In this document: piece by piece, positions 23,007 to 32,432 of the stretch
Layout: each line of letters starts with the position of its first letter
Numbering within the stretch: position 1 is the first letter of the stretch
Virus record (IMG/VR): IMGVR_UViG_3300048590_000661
Span: 60,599-124,598 of that record
DNA from: a virus
DNA length: 64,000 nt
Reading direction: 5' to 3' (one strand)
Notes under the pieces: model-generated
Told to the model about the DNA's origin: nothing
The model's input: the letters and a program-made list of their open reading frames with translations, nothing else
Database searches by the model: none
Position numbers and translations under genes: made by a program

Positions 23007-23633
23007 CTACTCCTTAATACTCGAAAGTCCTTGTTGTTGAGTGGCGATAGGCATATATACACCATATAATTTAGGTTCTAACTCATCACCAATATTACTA
23101 CCTGTTGTAATACAAGCTTTAACGAACCCAATAGAATCATGAGTACGAATAGTATATTCATCAGTTACTTGCACATGGAAAGTAATATAACTAACCATCC
23201 CGTTATTATATGTTGAATATACATGCCCGTCAATAGTACTTACTAACTCTGTTAAGCGATTATCATTTTCATTGTCGTCATCGATAATAACAATATCTAA
23301 TTTAGTACCTGCTTGCAATGTACCTAAATTAATTTGGTCATCATATAAAGTCACCAAAGTTTCTGTAAAAGAACTACTAGCCCATACTCTATTATTCCGA
23401 TGATTAATTTCTACAGTATTTGCATTAACTTTCGTAATCTTAAATGGACGAGTAGTTTTTACTAAAAATCCATTGTATCCGCTAGGCAATACATACGTAT
23501 TAATACCTTCACCTAAAAAGGTAATATCAGGTAAAGTACACGAATTAGATTTTGCATTAGTTTGAAATGCAGAGAAAAGTATAGCAGCCGCTATCAGAAT
23601 TAAAACGAACATAATACGGATAAAGAGCCTCAT
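23007..23633 (-). CDS. Secreted protein with C-terminal VYMPIA motif
   Basis: Signal peptide; paralog of 21652-22134. Confidence 0.65.
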   Translation of the reverse strand: MRLFIRIMFVLILIAAAILFSAFQTNAKSNSCTLPDITFLGEGINTYVLPSGYNGFLVKTTRPFKITKVNANTVEINHRNNRVWASSSFTETLVTLYDDQINLGTLQAGTKLDIVIIDDDNENDNRLTELVSTIDGHVYSTYNNGMVSYITFHVQVTDEYTIRTHDSIGFVKACITTGSNIGDELEPKLYGVYMPIATQQQGLSSIKE

Positions 23634-23888
23634 AATTTACATTCTTTCTTTTAATAAAGTTTCTTTAATTGATATACCTCATCATCCATTAACATATATG
23701 CAGGATATGGTAGAAACGATACACCACCAATGGTTTCGTAAATCCAAACTATACAACAATATTCTACATTTAATCGTTTATAAGAATCTATACACTCACT
23801 AAATGCACTAAAGTAGGGGTCTGTGTCAAGATATTTTTGCGTAAGCTGTAGCCGATATAAAATATAATTTTCTTTTTCCATAATTATA

Positions 23889-24386
23889 TTAGCTACTTTC
23901 CAATTTACATTTAGAAGCTACCCCACTTTGTTCTACACCAAATGTAAAAATATGAAACTCATAATCACATTCGGTAAGGCTATCAAAAATCACCATTTGG
24001 TAAAATGGTTCTTCTAACTCTTCGCTATTCAAATGTGTAAATCTAATCACGATAGCATTAGTATATAACCATTGATAGTTTCCACTAAAAACACCTGCTG
24101 TATTGTTAGCTAAGATATGCAAATCTTTATCTAACTTAAATAGTGGATTATCTTCTACATACCACGTACCGTAAATGTTCTCATCAGTTAGTAATGGCAT
24201 ATAAAATGTACTATCATATTCGCCGTTATAGATTACGGCTTTTGGTCTACTTCCACTTAGGAAATATAAATCATTTGCGCCTTCTGTGCCTACATACATA
24301 TTAAAATATGAATTAGATAGATCAGGGTGAGTATTACAACCTACTAAGGTTAAAGTAAGTGCTAGTACTACTAAAAATTTATTCAT
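23889..24386 (-). CDS. Probable lipoprotein
   Basis: LTLVGC lipobox; internal FYMPLL. Confidence 0.65.
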   Translation of the reverse strand: MNKFLVVLALTLTLVGCNTHPDLSNSYFNMYVGTEGANDLYFLSGSRPKAVIYNGEYDSTFYMPLLTDENIYGTWYVEDNPLFKLDKDLHILANNTAGVFSGNYQWLYTNAIVIRFTHLNSEELEEPFYQMVIFDSLTECDYEFHIFTFGVEQSGVASKCKLESS

Positions 24387-24661
24387 CTAACATTTTCTCC
24401 AATTGTTTAATTTGCTTATGTTTTTCGTCTAACATATTTTGTTGCCATTGTTGAAGTTGATCTATTGCGTAAATGTATTTTACTATCCCTTCGTTAAGTG
24501 GGACACCTAATACTTTGAAGGCAAACTCTAATTGCTTTACAAGCTCATCTATTTTATTTTGGATTACGGTCTGTTCAAAATCTCTGTTCATAGTGCCACC
24601 GTTAGTAAAAAGATAAGTGTTACGATACCTGCTAGGATGTTGAATATTGTGTATTGCATAG

Positions 24662-25417
24662 TTATGACTCACTTTCTGAATAGTATTTATTATACTCTAT
24701 TAACAACTCTTCTCGATACTGGTACTCATGACCTAACCATGATTCTAGGTCGGCTAGGGTGTTGGATAGCTTGGGTAAATAAATTATATGAAAATTTCTA
24801 ATGTGACAATCTTCACATAAAGTAATTAGGTTACTTTCTACACCCCTTAATTCTGGATAAGTAGAGAAGTCGTAAATGTGATGCACGTTTAGATCACCAC
24901 CATATTTAGTACAGTTTTGACAAGTGTAATTATCACGATCACGTATTCGTGGTAAAATTGTTTCAAATATTCTCCCACGAATTATTGAATGTAGTGGTGT
25001 TATACCACCTTGCCAATTAGAACCTAATTCGCCAGTTCTAGAGCATGACCCACAACAAAAACATTGCGATTGGCTTCTTAAATTACTTAATAAATTGTTG
25101 TATATATCCCCACATCTTAAACATCGACAAGTAAATTGACGTTGACCACATCTTTTTTCAATTTCTTCTATAATTTCCCAATCTTTTATCACTTTGCCAG
25201 GAGGCATATCTATTCGTAAGTTGAGCATAGCACAAGGTTTGCATGAAAACCCTTTGTGTGGACGCACTAAGTTACTTATTTTTAATTTATATAAATCACC
25301 ACACAGTAAGCATTCACACAAAAATAACCGCTCTTTTCCTGTTTTATCTAATTCTTCGGTCACTTTCCAGTTTTTAAATACATCACCAACATTTATTGCT
25401 CGTTTTCTATTAGGCAT
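24662..25417 (-). CDS. Zinc-module HNH endonuclease, family copy 2 (two CECLLC-type modules, no RHH partner)
   Basis: RDRDNYTCQNC...NVHHIYD...NLITLCEDCH and the shared NTLxDLExWLG tail. Confidence 0.9.
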   Translation of the reverse strand: MPNRKRAINVGDVFKNWKVTEELDKTGKERLFLCECLLCGDLYKLKISNLVRPHKGFSCKPCAMLNLRIDMPPGKVIKDWEIIEEIEKRCGQRQFTCRCLRCGDIYNNLLSNLRSQSQCFCCGSCSRTGELGSNWQGGITPLHSIIRGRIFETILPRIRDRDNYTCQNCTKYGGDLNVHHIYDFSTYPELRGVESNLITLCEDCHIRNFHIIYLPKLSNTLADLESWLGHEYQYREELLIEYNKYYSESES

Positions 25418-25432
25418 TATTATTAATAAATA

Positions 25433-26518
25433 TTATCCCTCACTTTCCATAAAAGAACGAAGTGCATACAAGTTACTAAATGGTACAATTCCAAATTCAG
25501 GGTGCAATACCCAACCAATAGCTGTTGTCTTATTACTTTCGCTGAACCCACGTCGCTTGCTATAATCATCATATCGCTTATAAGTATTTGTTAAAAAGGC
25601 ATAATTAGTTTCACCACGAATATTAAATTCTCTAATTAAACTAGATGAATGAATATGTGCCCCTGCCCAAATTTTAGCATCATATGACATGTTTTTGGCG
25701 TTCCGCTCAATTGCGTGAGTAGGATTAAATTGTGAAAATCCATTCCAAATATGACGTAGCACCACACCGCAATGATTAAAATATGGTGTTTTAATACTCA
25801 AAAATAATTCATCATTATCATAGAAACAATTACTCTTAATCTCATTTAGCATATTTAAATTAACATCTAATCCAGAATATGCCTCGCTCCACGCGTTATG
25901 ATTACCCGAAACGAATGCAATTAATCGGTCCTTAATTAGATTCATATACTTACGAGAAATTGCCGCTTCTTCCTCAATAGTGAATCGTCTGTTATGAGAA
26001 ATACTAGTTGTCCAGTTGCCAATAAAGTTATTACTTAAATCACCATTATGTAAAAACCAACAGTTATCAATACTATTAACTAACTCTGCTTCTGTAAACA
26101 TTCCCTTAATATCGGTAGCAGTACCTTTTCCACCTCCTAGGTGCTGATCGCTGGCTAGCACAAATGCCACTGGACCATTAGTATCAATTTCAAAAGTATT
26201 ACTCTTAGCTAAGTTAGCTCTTTCGTCTACTTTGTCAAAGTGACTTACCATCTCCGCATAGAGCTTTTCTTCATCGATTTCATTAGCTTGAATTTCAACC
26301 GTTAAACCAGACATATGAGTAACAGTCTTTTTCACTACCTCACTAATCGCTAAATTAAGCTCACTACTCTCTTCTTGCCGTCGCCGCCATTGGCGTAAAC
26401 TATACCCTAATTCTGGTAGTTTTTCTTGTAGATGTTCATATACTGCTTTTTTAGTAGGGAAACTATTAATGGCGAATTGTGAAAGATATTCGATTACGGC
26501 TTGCTCATTATATTCCAT
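25433..26518 (-). CDS. Calcineurin-like metallophosphoesterase
   Basis: SDQHLG, NGDL, SGNHN, GAHIH; likely start MEYNEQ. Confidence 0.85.
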   Translation of the reverse strand: MEYNEQAVIEYLSQFAINSFPTKKAVYEHLQEKLPELGYSLRQWRRRQEESSELNLAISEVVKKTVTHMSGLTVEIQANEIDEEKLYAEMVSHFDKVDERANLAKSNTFEIDTNGPVAFVLASDQHLGGGKGTATDIKGMFTEAELVNSIDNCWFLHNGDLSNNFIGNWTTSISHNRRFTIEEEAAISRKYMNLIKDRLIAFVSGNHNAWSEAYSGLDVNLNMLNEIKSNCFYDNDELFLSIKTPYFNHCGVVLRHIWNGFSQFNPTHAIERNAKNMSYDAKIWAGAHIHSSSLIREFNIRGETNYAFLTNTYKRYDDYSKRRGFSESNKTTAIGWVLHPEFGIVPFSNLYALRSFMESEG

Positions 26519-26537
26519 GTTAGTTAATTTATCTTTC

Positions 26538-27323
26538 TTATGATCTGTATACAATTGGTAATTTGTACGCCATCTTAATCGGCGTAATTCCATCTAACTT
26601 AGAAGCTAAATATTCTACAAAACACTTAGGGCAAAATACGCTATCTTCTTCATCGATAATAATTTGATTCTTGTAATCTACTCGCATAGTAGCGGTAATA
26701 TATTCATTTTTATCAGCGTCATGTAAAGCCCCACATGATTCACACTTGACTGCTTGAATTGTTTTCATTTTATTCTACCTCATAATATGGGTTATATAAT
26801 TCATCTTCCAATTCATATTCACCATTACAAATGTCACAACAGTTTTCACACACATCTTCATTTTTGCTATTTGTATGAATATCTTCTAACTCTTTCCAAT
26901 TAGGTAATCTTAGTTGTTTGCTGCATTCGTAGCAGTAGATACTTCCATCAATTTTTGGCATAATTACAAACTTTCTAACTTAGATTCTGTATTGAACAGA
27001 ATATTATTTACAGACTCACCATGAACTAAAAACCAGAACCGCCTATTATAATTAGCTAATCTATTTACATAAAGGTTATATAAATTATGCTGCCGATTAT
27101 CGAGTATTGTAAGGGTTAGCGTTTCATTGCTACTTTTTTCTATATATTTTAATATTTGCTTTTGTGTGGGTAGATTAAACTCTTTAGTTTTAGTAGTTAA
27201 AATAACATGGTTTAAATAAATATTGTCAGTTGCTATTCCTTTATGAATTAAAATAAACCCGTTGTAATTTGTTACATACTTACTGTCTAAAGTATTAATT
27301 AATTCATAGCTAATTTGGTTCAT
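26538..27323 (-). CDS. Three small proteins, two with CxxC zinc fingers (26538-26768, 26770-26961, 26964-27323)
   Basis: ORF track. Confidence 0.55.
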
Positions 27324-27343
27324 ATTAATGTTTTCTTATTCAG

Positions 27344-27832
27344 TGAGCTAGAAGAGAGTCGAACTCTTACGCCAAGTGTCGGTAAAACTATGGCAATTAG
27401 GACATAATAATTGTAAATTTTCAATCACATTATTCGTTCTATCACCGTCAATGTGATGTAATTCTAACTTAATTGGATAATCCAACCAAGTTGTAAGCTT
27501 ACATTCTTCGCATTGATTGCCACGCTCGTTAATTAGATGTTTACGAAAATTATACGCTCTGGTATAAGTAGACCAATCTTTTAATTGCCTGCCCTTACTC
27601 CATAATTGTCTAGTCCAATGATCTGTATTTACATTTAATAATTGTAATTTACGATTCATATTAGCATAATTACCACCAACAGGTTTTAGTCCTACGCCCT
27701 TGAGTAACCCTGCCATTGACTTAACATTCTTTGCAATTTCTATTATATCTTCATCTGTATAATTAACAATCCGCTTTGGCATCTAAAGTAAATTTTACTC
27801 CTTAATCACGTCTACCATTCCACCACTAGCTC
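27344..27832 (-). ncRNA. Split tRNA-Leu-like structure enclosing an HNH gene
   Basis: 5' half GAGCTAG-TG-GTGGAATGGTAGAC. 3' half has variable arm CCGA-CAC-TTGG, then CGT, T arm AAGAG-TTCGACT-CTCTT and CTAGCTC-A. The 7-bp acceptor stem is perfect; no anticodon arm is recognisable. Confidence 0.8.
27348..27782 (-). CDS. HNH endonuclease (separate family) embedded in the tRNA-like structure
   Basis: CEEC...LELHHIDGDRTNNVIENLQLLCPNCHS; the last codons are the T arm and acceptor strand. Confidence 0.92.
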   Translation of the reverse strand: MPKRIVNYTDEDIIEIAKNVKSMAGLLKGVGLKPVGGNYANMNRKLQLLNVNTDHWTRQLWSKGRQLKDWSTYTRAYNFRKHLINERGNQCEECKLTTWLDYPIKLELHHIDGDRTNNVIENLQLLCPNCHSFTDTWRKSSTLF

Positions 27833-27862
27833 AACTTAGCTATTTACTCGCCTATAGCCACT

Positions 27863-27891
27863 ATTTTACCACAGGTTGAAAAGTTTGTCAA
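27863..27891 (-). promoter_or_regulatory. Sigma70-type promoter for the tRNA-like/HNH unit
   Basis: TTGACA-17 bp-(TGG)TAAAAT, about 30 nt upstream of the tRNA-like 5' end. Confidence 0.8.
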
Positions 27892-28466
27892 GGGGCAACT
27901 TTATGGTCTGGATAATAGGTATAATAAGCAATTAATAGTTCATTTCTGTATTTATATTCGTAACCTAACCAGCTTTCAAGATCAAATAGTGTATTAGTTT
28001 TATTATTTGGATATATTTTATGAAAATCATCAACATGACAGTGTTTACATAAAGTAATGAGATTGCTTTCTATACAACTTAAGTCTTTATAATTTTGCAT
28101 ATCATAAATATGATGGCAATGTAATTCAGTGTTTTTAGCACCACAATTTTGGCATGTGTTACTATCTCTTTTGCGAATTCTAGACCTCATTTTTTTAATT
28201 ATTTTTTTTCTGTCTTTTTCATTTTTTATTGCAATCCCACCTTTCCAAGAATTAGAGCTGTTACCAGAAGCCTTTTCCTTTCGATAACACCCACACGATC
28301 TTGTACTTCCCCTGGAAAGACTATTACCAACTATTATTTTTTCATTGCCACAATCGCAAATACAATTATATTCCCATTGTTGGTGTTTATTCACAGAATG
28401 TTTACTAATAACAGTTATCCTTCCAAATTTTTGCCCTGTCAAATCTTTACAGCTTGAATAAGTCAT
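27888..28466 (-). CDS. Zinc-module HNH endonuclease, family copy 3 (GQKFGR module only)
   Basis: DLTGQKFGRITVI...SCGC, RKRDSNTCQNC, HCHHIYD, NLITLCKHCH, shared tail. Confidence 0.9.
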   Translation of the reverse strand: MTYSSCKDLTGQKFGRITVISKHSVNKHQQWEYNCICDCGNEKIIVGNSLSRGSTRSCGCYRKEKASGNSSNSWKGGIAIKNEKDRKKIIKKMRSRIRKRDSNTCQNCGAKNTELHCHHIYDMQNYKDLSCIESNLITLCKHCHVDDFHKIYPNNKTNTLFDLESWLGYEYKYRNELLIAYYTYYPDHKVAP

Positions 28467-28487
28467 AATACCCCAATATAGTACTCA

Positions 28488-28652
28488 TGAGACACTAAAT
28501 TACAAGTTCAGCGCTTATGTTTTACGCCTGAATTTTTATTATTCTGGTAGTTGTAATTTAGTGTCTCATCTGTCTTATTTTTGATTTTATAGGTGTAAAT
28601 CAACAAGACAGATAGCTATTTTTATCTGTCTTGCATCTGTCTTATCTGTCTT
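28488..28652. repeat. Long hairpin followed by iteron-like ATCTGTCTT repeats
   Basis: ATGAGACACTAAATTACAA/TTGTAATTTAGTGTCTCAT inverted repeat; ATCTGTCTT at 28568, 28624, 28635 and 28644, inverted copy at 28605. Confidence 0.8.
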
Positions 28653-30117
28653 GTAAATTACTTAAACATCTTGCTTGTTTGCCATTAATATAAGACTTCG
28701 TATTAATGCACCCCTTTTGAACAAAATATTGTGTAAACTCTCTTTTATATCGTGGTTGTTCACAATTTTCTAAACACCAATCTTCATACTCTTCATAAAG
28801 TTTACTAAAGAGAACTAAGTCGTTTCTATCTTTAGTAATTGTGTAATTGTACTCAGTAAGGAAATGCCCAATAGTATCTTGTTTGGCTACCATTTCATTA
28901 AGGGCATCAACTAATACTTGTGGGATATCCGGCAGTCTACCTAAGCTAAAATATTCGATAGCACCTTCAACAAACCAATGTAAAATACCTTCAATTTCTG
29001 AAATTAGTTTATCTTCACGATCAAAGTCAATTACACTATAACCTTTAAATACTGGAATAATAATAAACCGATTAAAAAATGCAGGGTCTAGTACATCACC
29101 AATAATCTCAAAGTTTGAAGCAATTACTAACTTAAATTTAGGCTTAATTAGTATTGGTTGCTTATTCTTTTTAGCAGCAGTAATCTTTTCTCTACCGCTA
29201 ATATCTTTAATTAATGCCGCATTATATGTAGCATTTCTATCTGGCTCACTAACCGCCACTACTCGCTTAAATCTACTTTCAGCTAAATCAAACCCTTGAT
29301 CATTGTTTTTGCTTCTGTCTCGCGAAATAGAATTAAAGGGCAATTTAAAAAACAACTCATCAAATAATTTATCTAGGATATTAATAAATAGTGATTTACC
29401 AGAATCTTTTTCGCCAGTTAAAAATAGTGATTTCTTTTCCCTATTCCCACCAATTAATAGATACCCTAATAATACTTTAATGAAGTTTTTTACTTCTGGA
29501 ACATCATAGTGTTTAATTAATTCAGATAGTTGTTTTTCCCATAATGAATAGTCATAAGCTTTATTTTGTTCATATGGAATATCAATCATGTAATTAATCA
29601 TATAACTAGAAGAGTGTGGTAATAATTCACCAGTCTTTAGATTAATAATTCCACTAGTAGTATTAAATAATGTGTCTAATTCGTTAGCCTCAAATACTTC
29701 TTCTTTAATATTTATTCTAGTTTCCTTCAAAAAGAATATAGTAATATTATTAATCCTATTAGTGGTTATTTCACAATTAGCTAATAGACTATTTAACTTG
29801 CTAATTTTATCTTTTAATTCTCGTTTATTATTATCATCTAAATTTTGAGAATAAAGAATGCTATTAAGTTTACTAAGTTCTGAAATTACTAATTTTGCTC
29901 GTAATTTTAATGTTTCAATAACACATTGTTGCAACTTATCTTTAGCTTGATATGGTGTCCAATATTTTTCATAAACAAGTAAAGTACTAGTTAAATCAAT
30001 CTCTTTAAATAAATACCCATAAATTTCATATAGACATTGGTAATGCCCAAAATCATTTTCACTACTGTACAATAATGTGTCACGTTGCTTTTCACTTAGA
30101 CCAACTTCGTTATTCAT
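28642..30117 (-). CDS. D5/P4-family SF3 helicase (no obvious primase domain)
   Basis: LFNTTSGIINLKTGELLPH (D5_N), GEKDSGKS Walker A, VAVSEP, IKDISGREKITA, ASNF. Confidence 0.88.
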   Translation of the reverse strand: MNNEVGLSEKQRDTLLYSSENDFGHYQCLYEIYGYLFKEIDLTSTLLVYEKYWTPYQAKDKLQQCVIETLKLRAKLVISELSKLNSILYSQNLDDNNKRELKDKISKLNSLLANCEITTNRINNITIFFLKETRINIKEEVFEANELDTLFNTTSGIINLKTGELLPHSSSYMINYMIDIPYEQNKAYDYSLWEKQLSELIKHYDVPEVKNFIKVLLGYLLIGGNREKKSLFLTGEKDSGKSLFINILDKLFDELFFKLPFNSISRDRSKNNDQGFDLAESRFKRVVAVSEPDRNATYNAALIKDISGREKITAAKKNKQPILIKPKFKLVIASNFEIIGDVLDPAFFNRFIIIPVFKGYSVIDFDREDKLISEIEGILHWFVEGAIEYFSLGRLPDIPQVLVDALNEMVAKQDTIGHFLTEYNYTITKDRNDLVLFSKLYEEYEDWCLENCEQPRYKREFTQYFVQKGCINTKSYINGKQARCLSNLQDR

Positions 30118-30215
30118 TTTCGTTTCCTTTTAAATTTGGCAATTTTACTAGTTGTATAGTATATTACCAATAGACGGTAGTTTTGTGTACCCTGCTAGTT
30201 AGCCCTAGTAGGGTA

Positions 30216-30395
30216 TTATTTTTCTAATACGCTTTCTAGTACTGCTAATGAACCTAAATCACTAAACTCCTTAGTTAATTCTTCTGTAATTAGGTCATCC
30301 AATAGTTTGACCATACTACACCCTCTTAATGCAGCGAGTACCTTTACTTTCTTTAGCGTACTCACCCAAATCTTCGTTGTTACTTGCGGTTCCAT
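30216..30395 (-). CDS. Small RHH/CopG-like protein (59 aa, not in ORF track)
   Basis: MEPQVTTKIWVSTLKKVKVLAALRGCSMVKLLDDLITEEL...: strand-helix-G-S-helix pattern, with an upstream RBS and promoter. Confidence 0.6.
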   Translation of the reverse strand: MEPQVTTKIWVSTLKKVKVLAALRGCSMVKLLDDLITEELTKEFSDLGSLAVLESVLEK

Positions 30396-30441
30396 TATTC
30401 TTCCTTTACTATGTTAGACTGTTAATATTGCCTACATACAC

Positions 30442-30557
30442 ATTATACAACACATACCATAGTTTTGTCAAATAAGTGTATGCGGTTAGAGTAAAATACT
30501 TATTATCTACTAATTAAAATATTCCCTATTGACAACTATAGGAATGTGTGGTATCAT
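30442..30557. promoter_or_regulatory. Divergent sigma70-type promoter pair separating the two genome arms
   Basis: Minus strand TTGACA-18-TATAAT (30471-30442); plus strand TTGACA-17-TATCAT (30529-30557). Confidence 0.8.
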
Positions 30558-30617
30558 ATATAAGATAATTAATAGTAGTATTAATCTAACCAATAATTAA
30601 AAAGAAAGATATATAAC

Positions 30618-31569
30618 ATGATTGAATTAAAGATTGTAGCAACTAGCGTAGCTGACTTAAACACCCAATTAATGAATATGCTAGGTATTTACCCTACTTG
30701 TGACGAATGTAGTAATGAGGAAGAAGAGTATTCATGTGATTGTGAAGAGTGTAAGGCTAACCGTGAAGTAGAAGCGCCAGATCATTTTATTGATTGGCTG
30801 TTTAATACCACTTACCACGATACTGAAGGGTTTGCGATTTCGATTAGCAAGGCTTATGATGAATACTTTGAATATTATAAAGTAAAATGTCAAGAAGTCA
30901 GTCTTAATGAGGAACCATTAGATATTGAAGACTTTACTGGACTAATGTTAGATAATGGTTTTTATCTCGTTAATACAGATTGTGATAGTTTTTTTGTATT
31001 AGATGAGACTTATGCACAGTAATGCTAATATTATTTTAGATAAATTTGCCATATTATTTTCTAGCATATTAACTAACACGGAAACTATTAGGTATTTTTT
31101 ATTAACGACTAAACTGAGAAGGATCGATATTAAGGTATTTAAGATCCTTTCTCAGAATATCCTTAATAAAATAAAATTAAACTTTAGTAATAATATCCTA
31201 GCTAACTGGAACAGTTTTTTACTTCTTCTAACACTATATTCAGTAGATAAAGGGATAATAGATTGTGAGGAAGGTGATATTATTATTTATTCCTTTCTAG
31301 ATAGGTATATGTTTGATAAAGAGTCGTATTATGAAGCCCAGGAAGATTGGGTAGAGATATGCAATATGAGTAATGAGATAGAGTATAACTTCCTACAATT
31401 TATTATGGCGACATTATGTGAAAATAAATATGATTATGCCTTCGTGAATAGTTTTCTAGATGATTTAGATAGTGAATTTAGGGAAAAGATACTAGGGTTT
31501 GTTTACAAAAATGAGCGAGTAAGACAAGGGTTTGATGAATATATCGCTAATATAGAAAATGAGAAATAA
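30618..31569 (+). CDS. Two hypothetical proteins (30618-31022, 31003-31569)
   Basis: ORF track. Confidence 0.55.
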
Positions 31570-32426
31570 TGGAACAAATTACGAACGCAGAATTTAGCAG
31601 TCTTAATAATATTATTCATAATGGCTTATATGGCATTAAGAAAACTTACATCGATAAGAAGCGAGATTATGCCACTGGTAAAAATGCAGGGTATTGCCCT
31701 AGAATGGCTTACTTAAATTCAAAGATGGAAAATGAGGTTACGTTAGAAGCTTTACCACTTGTTACAGCTTCTATGGGTAAGGCTTATGAAGATATTATGC
31801 TTAAGTCATTACAAGAACAAGGCACATTATTTGGGTATGATTTAACCTTGAATAATAATACGTTTCCAGTACCGCACTTAAATTTTTATGGCACAATTGA
31901 TGCAGTAGTAAAAGATGATAATGAAAAGTTATTTGTAGTAGACTTCAAGACAAAAAACTCAGTAGATGATGATACGAAAGCTACACCGGCAGATATTGCA
32001 CAACTATCTTCTTATTGTGCATTAACTGGCTTACCTGGAAGTTTAATCTATTTATCACGCAAGGTCAATGAGAGCTATAACACTATTGGGTATAAAGTTG
32101 TCCAACTTGATATTGATTACAAACATATTCTCCATATCATGTTCTTTTCTAGCCTATGTATTAGAAATAATATTTTGCCACCAAAGCCAAAGAATTTCAA
32201 AAAAACTGTCCACTGCTCATACTGTTCATTTTTACCATTTTGCTATGAGGATAAAGAAATCCCATTTGCCTATAATAATGTAACTAAAGAAGCCTATGAG
32301 GAAAGTGAAAAATACGCAATAGATTACTTTACTAATATTGACGAGCATCGAGAACGTTTTATTAATAAGGTAAAAAGTAACGAATTACGTGGATATTACT
32401 TTAAGTCTCTTGAAGAAAGAAATTAA
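31569..32426 (+). CDS. Cas4-like / PD-(D/E)XK exonuclease
   Basis: YCPR, GTIDAV, VVDFKT, QLSSY, HCSYCSFLPFC Fe-S cluster cysteines. Confidence 0.85.
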   Translation: MEQITNAEFSSLNNIIHNGLYGIKKTYIDKKRDYATGKNAGYCPRMAYLNSKMENEVTLEALPLVTASMGKAYEDIMLKSLQEQGTLFGYDLTLNNNTFPVPHLNFYGTIDAVVKDDNEKLFVVDFKTKNSVDDDTKATPADIAQLSSYCALTGLPGSLIYLSRKVNESYNTIGYKVVQLDIDYKHILHIMFFSSLCIRNNILPPKPKNFKKTVHCSYCSFLPFCYEDKEIPFAYNNVTKEAYEESEKYAIDYFTNIDEHRERFINKVKSNELRGYYFKSLEERN

Positions 32427-32432
32427 CCTATC

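Noticed and set aside
27344-27832. Genuine tmRNA or a group I tRNA intron
   Set aside because: No G3-U70 alanine identity pair or tag reading frame; the D-loop and variable arm are Leu-type; no P/Q/R/S core.
2226-29509. Plus-strand ORFs overlapping left-arm genes (e.g. 2559, 2871, 9834, 16833, 25194, 28149, 29303) and antisense ORFs 33017-33436 and 49263-49517
   Set aside because: Antisense shadows of well-supported genes, with no motifs of their own.
31569-32426. Cas4-like gene as evidence of a CRISPR-Cas system
   Set aside because: No repeat-spacer array or other cas genes are visible; solo Cas4-like nucleases are common in phages.
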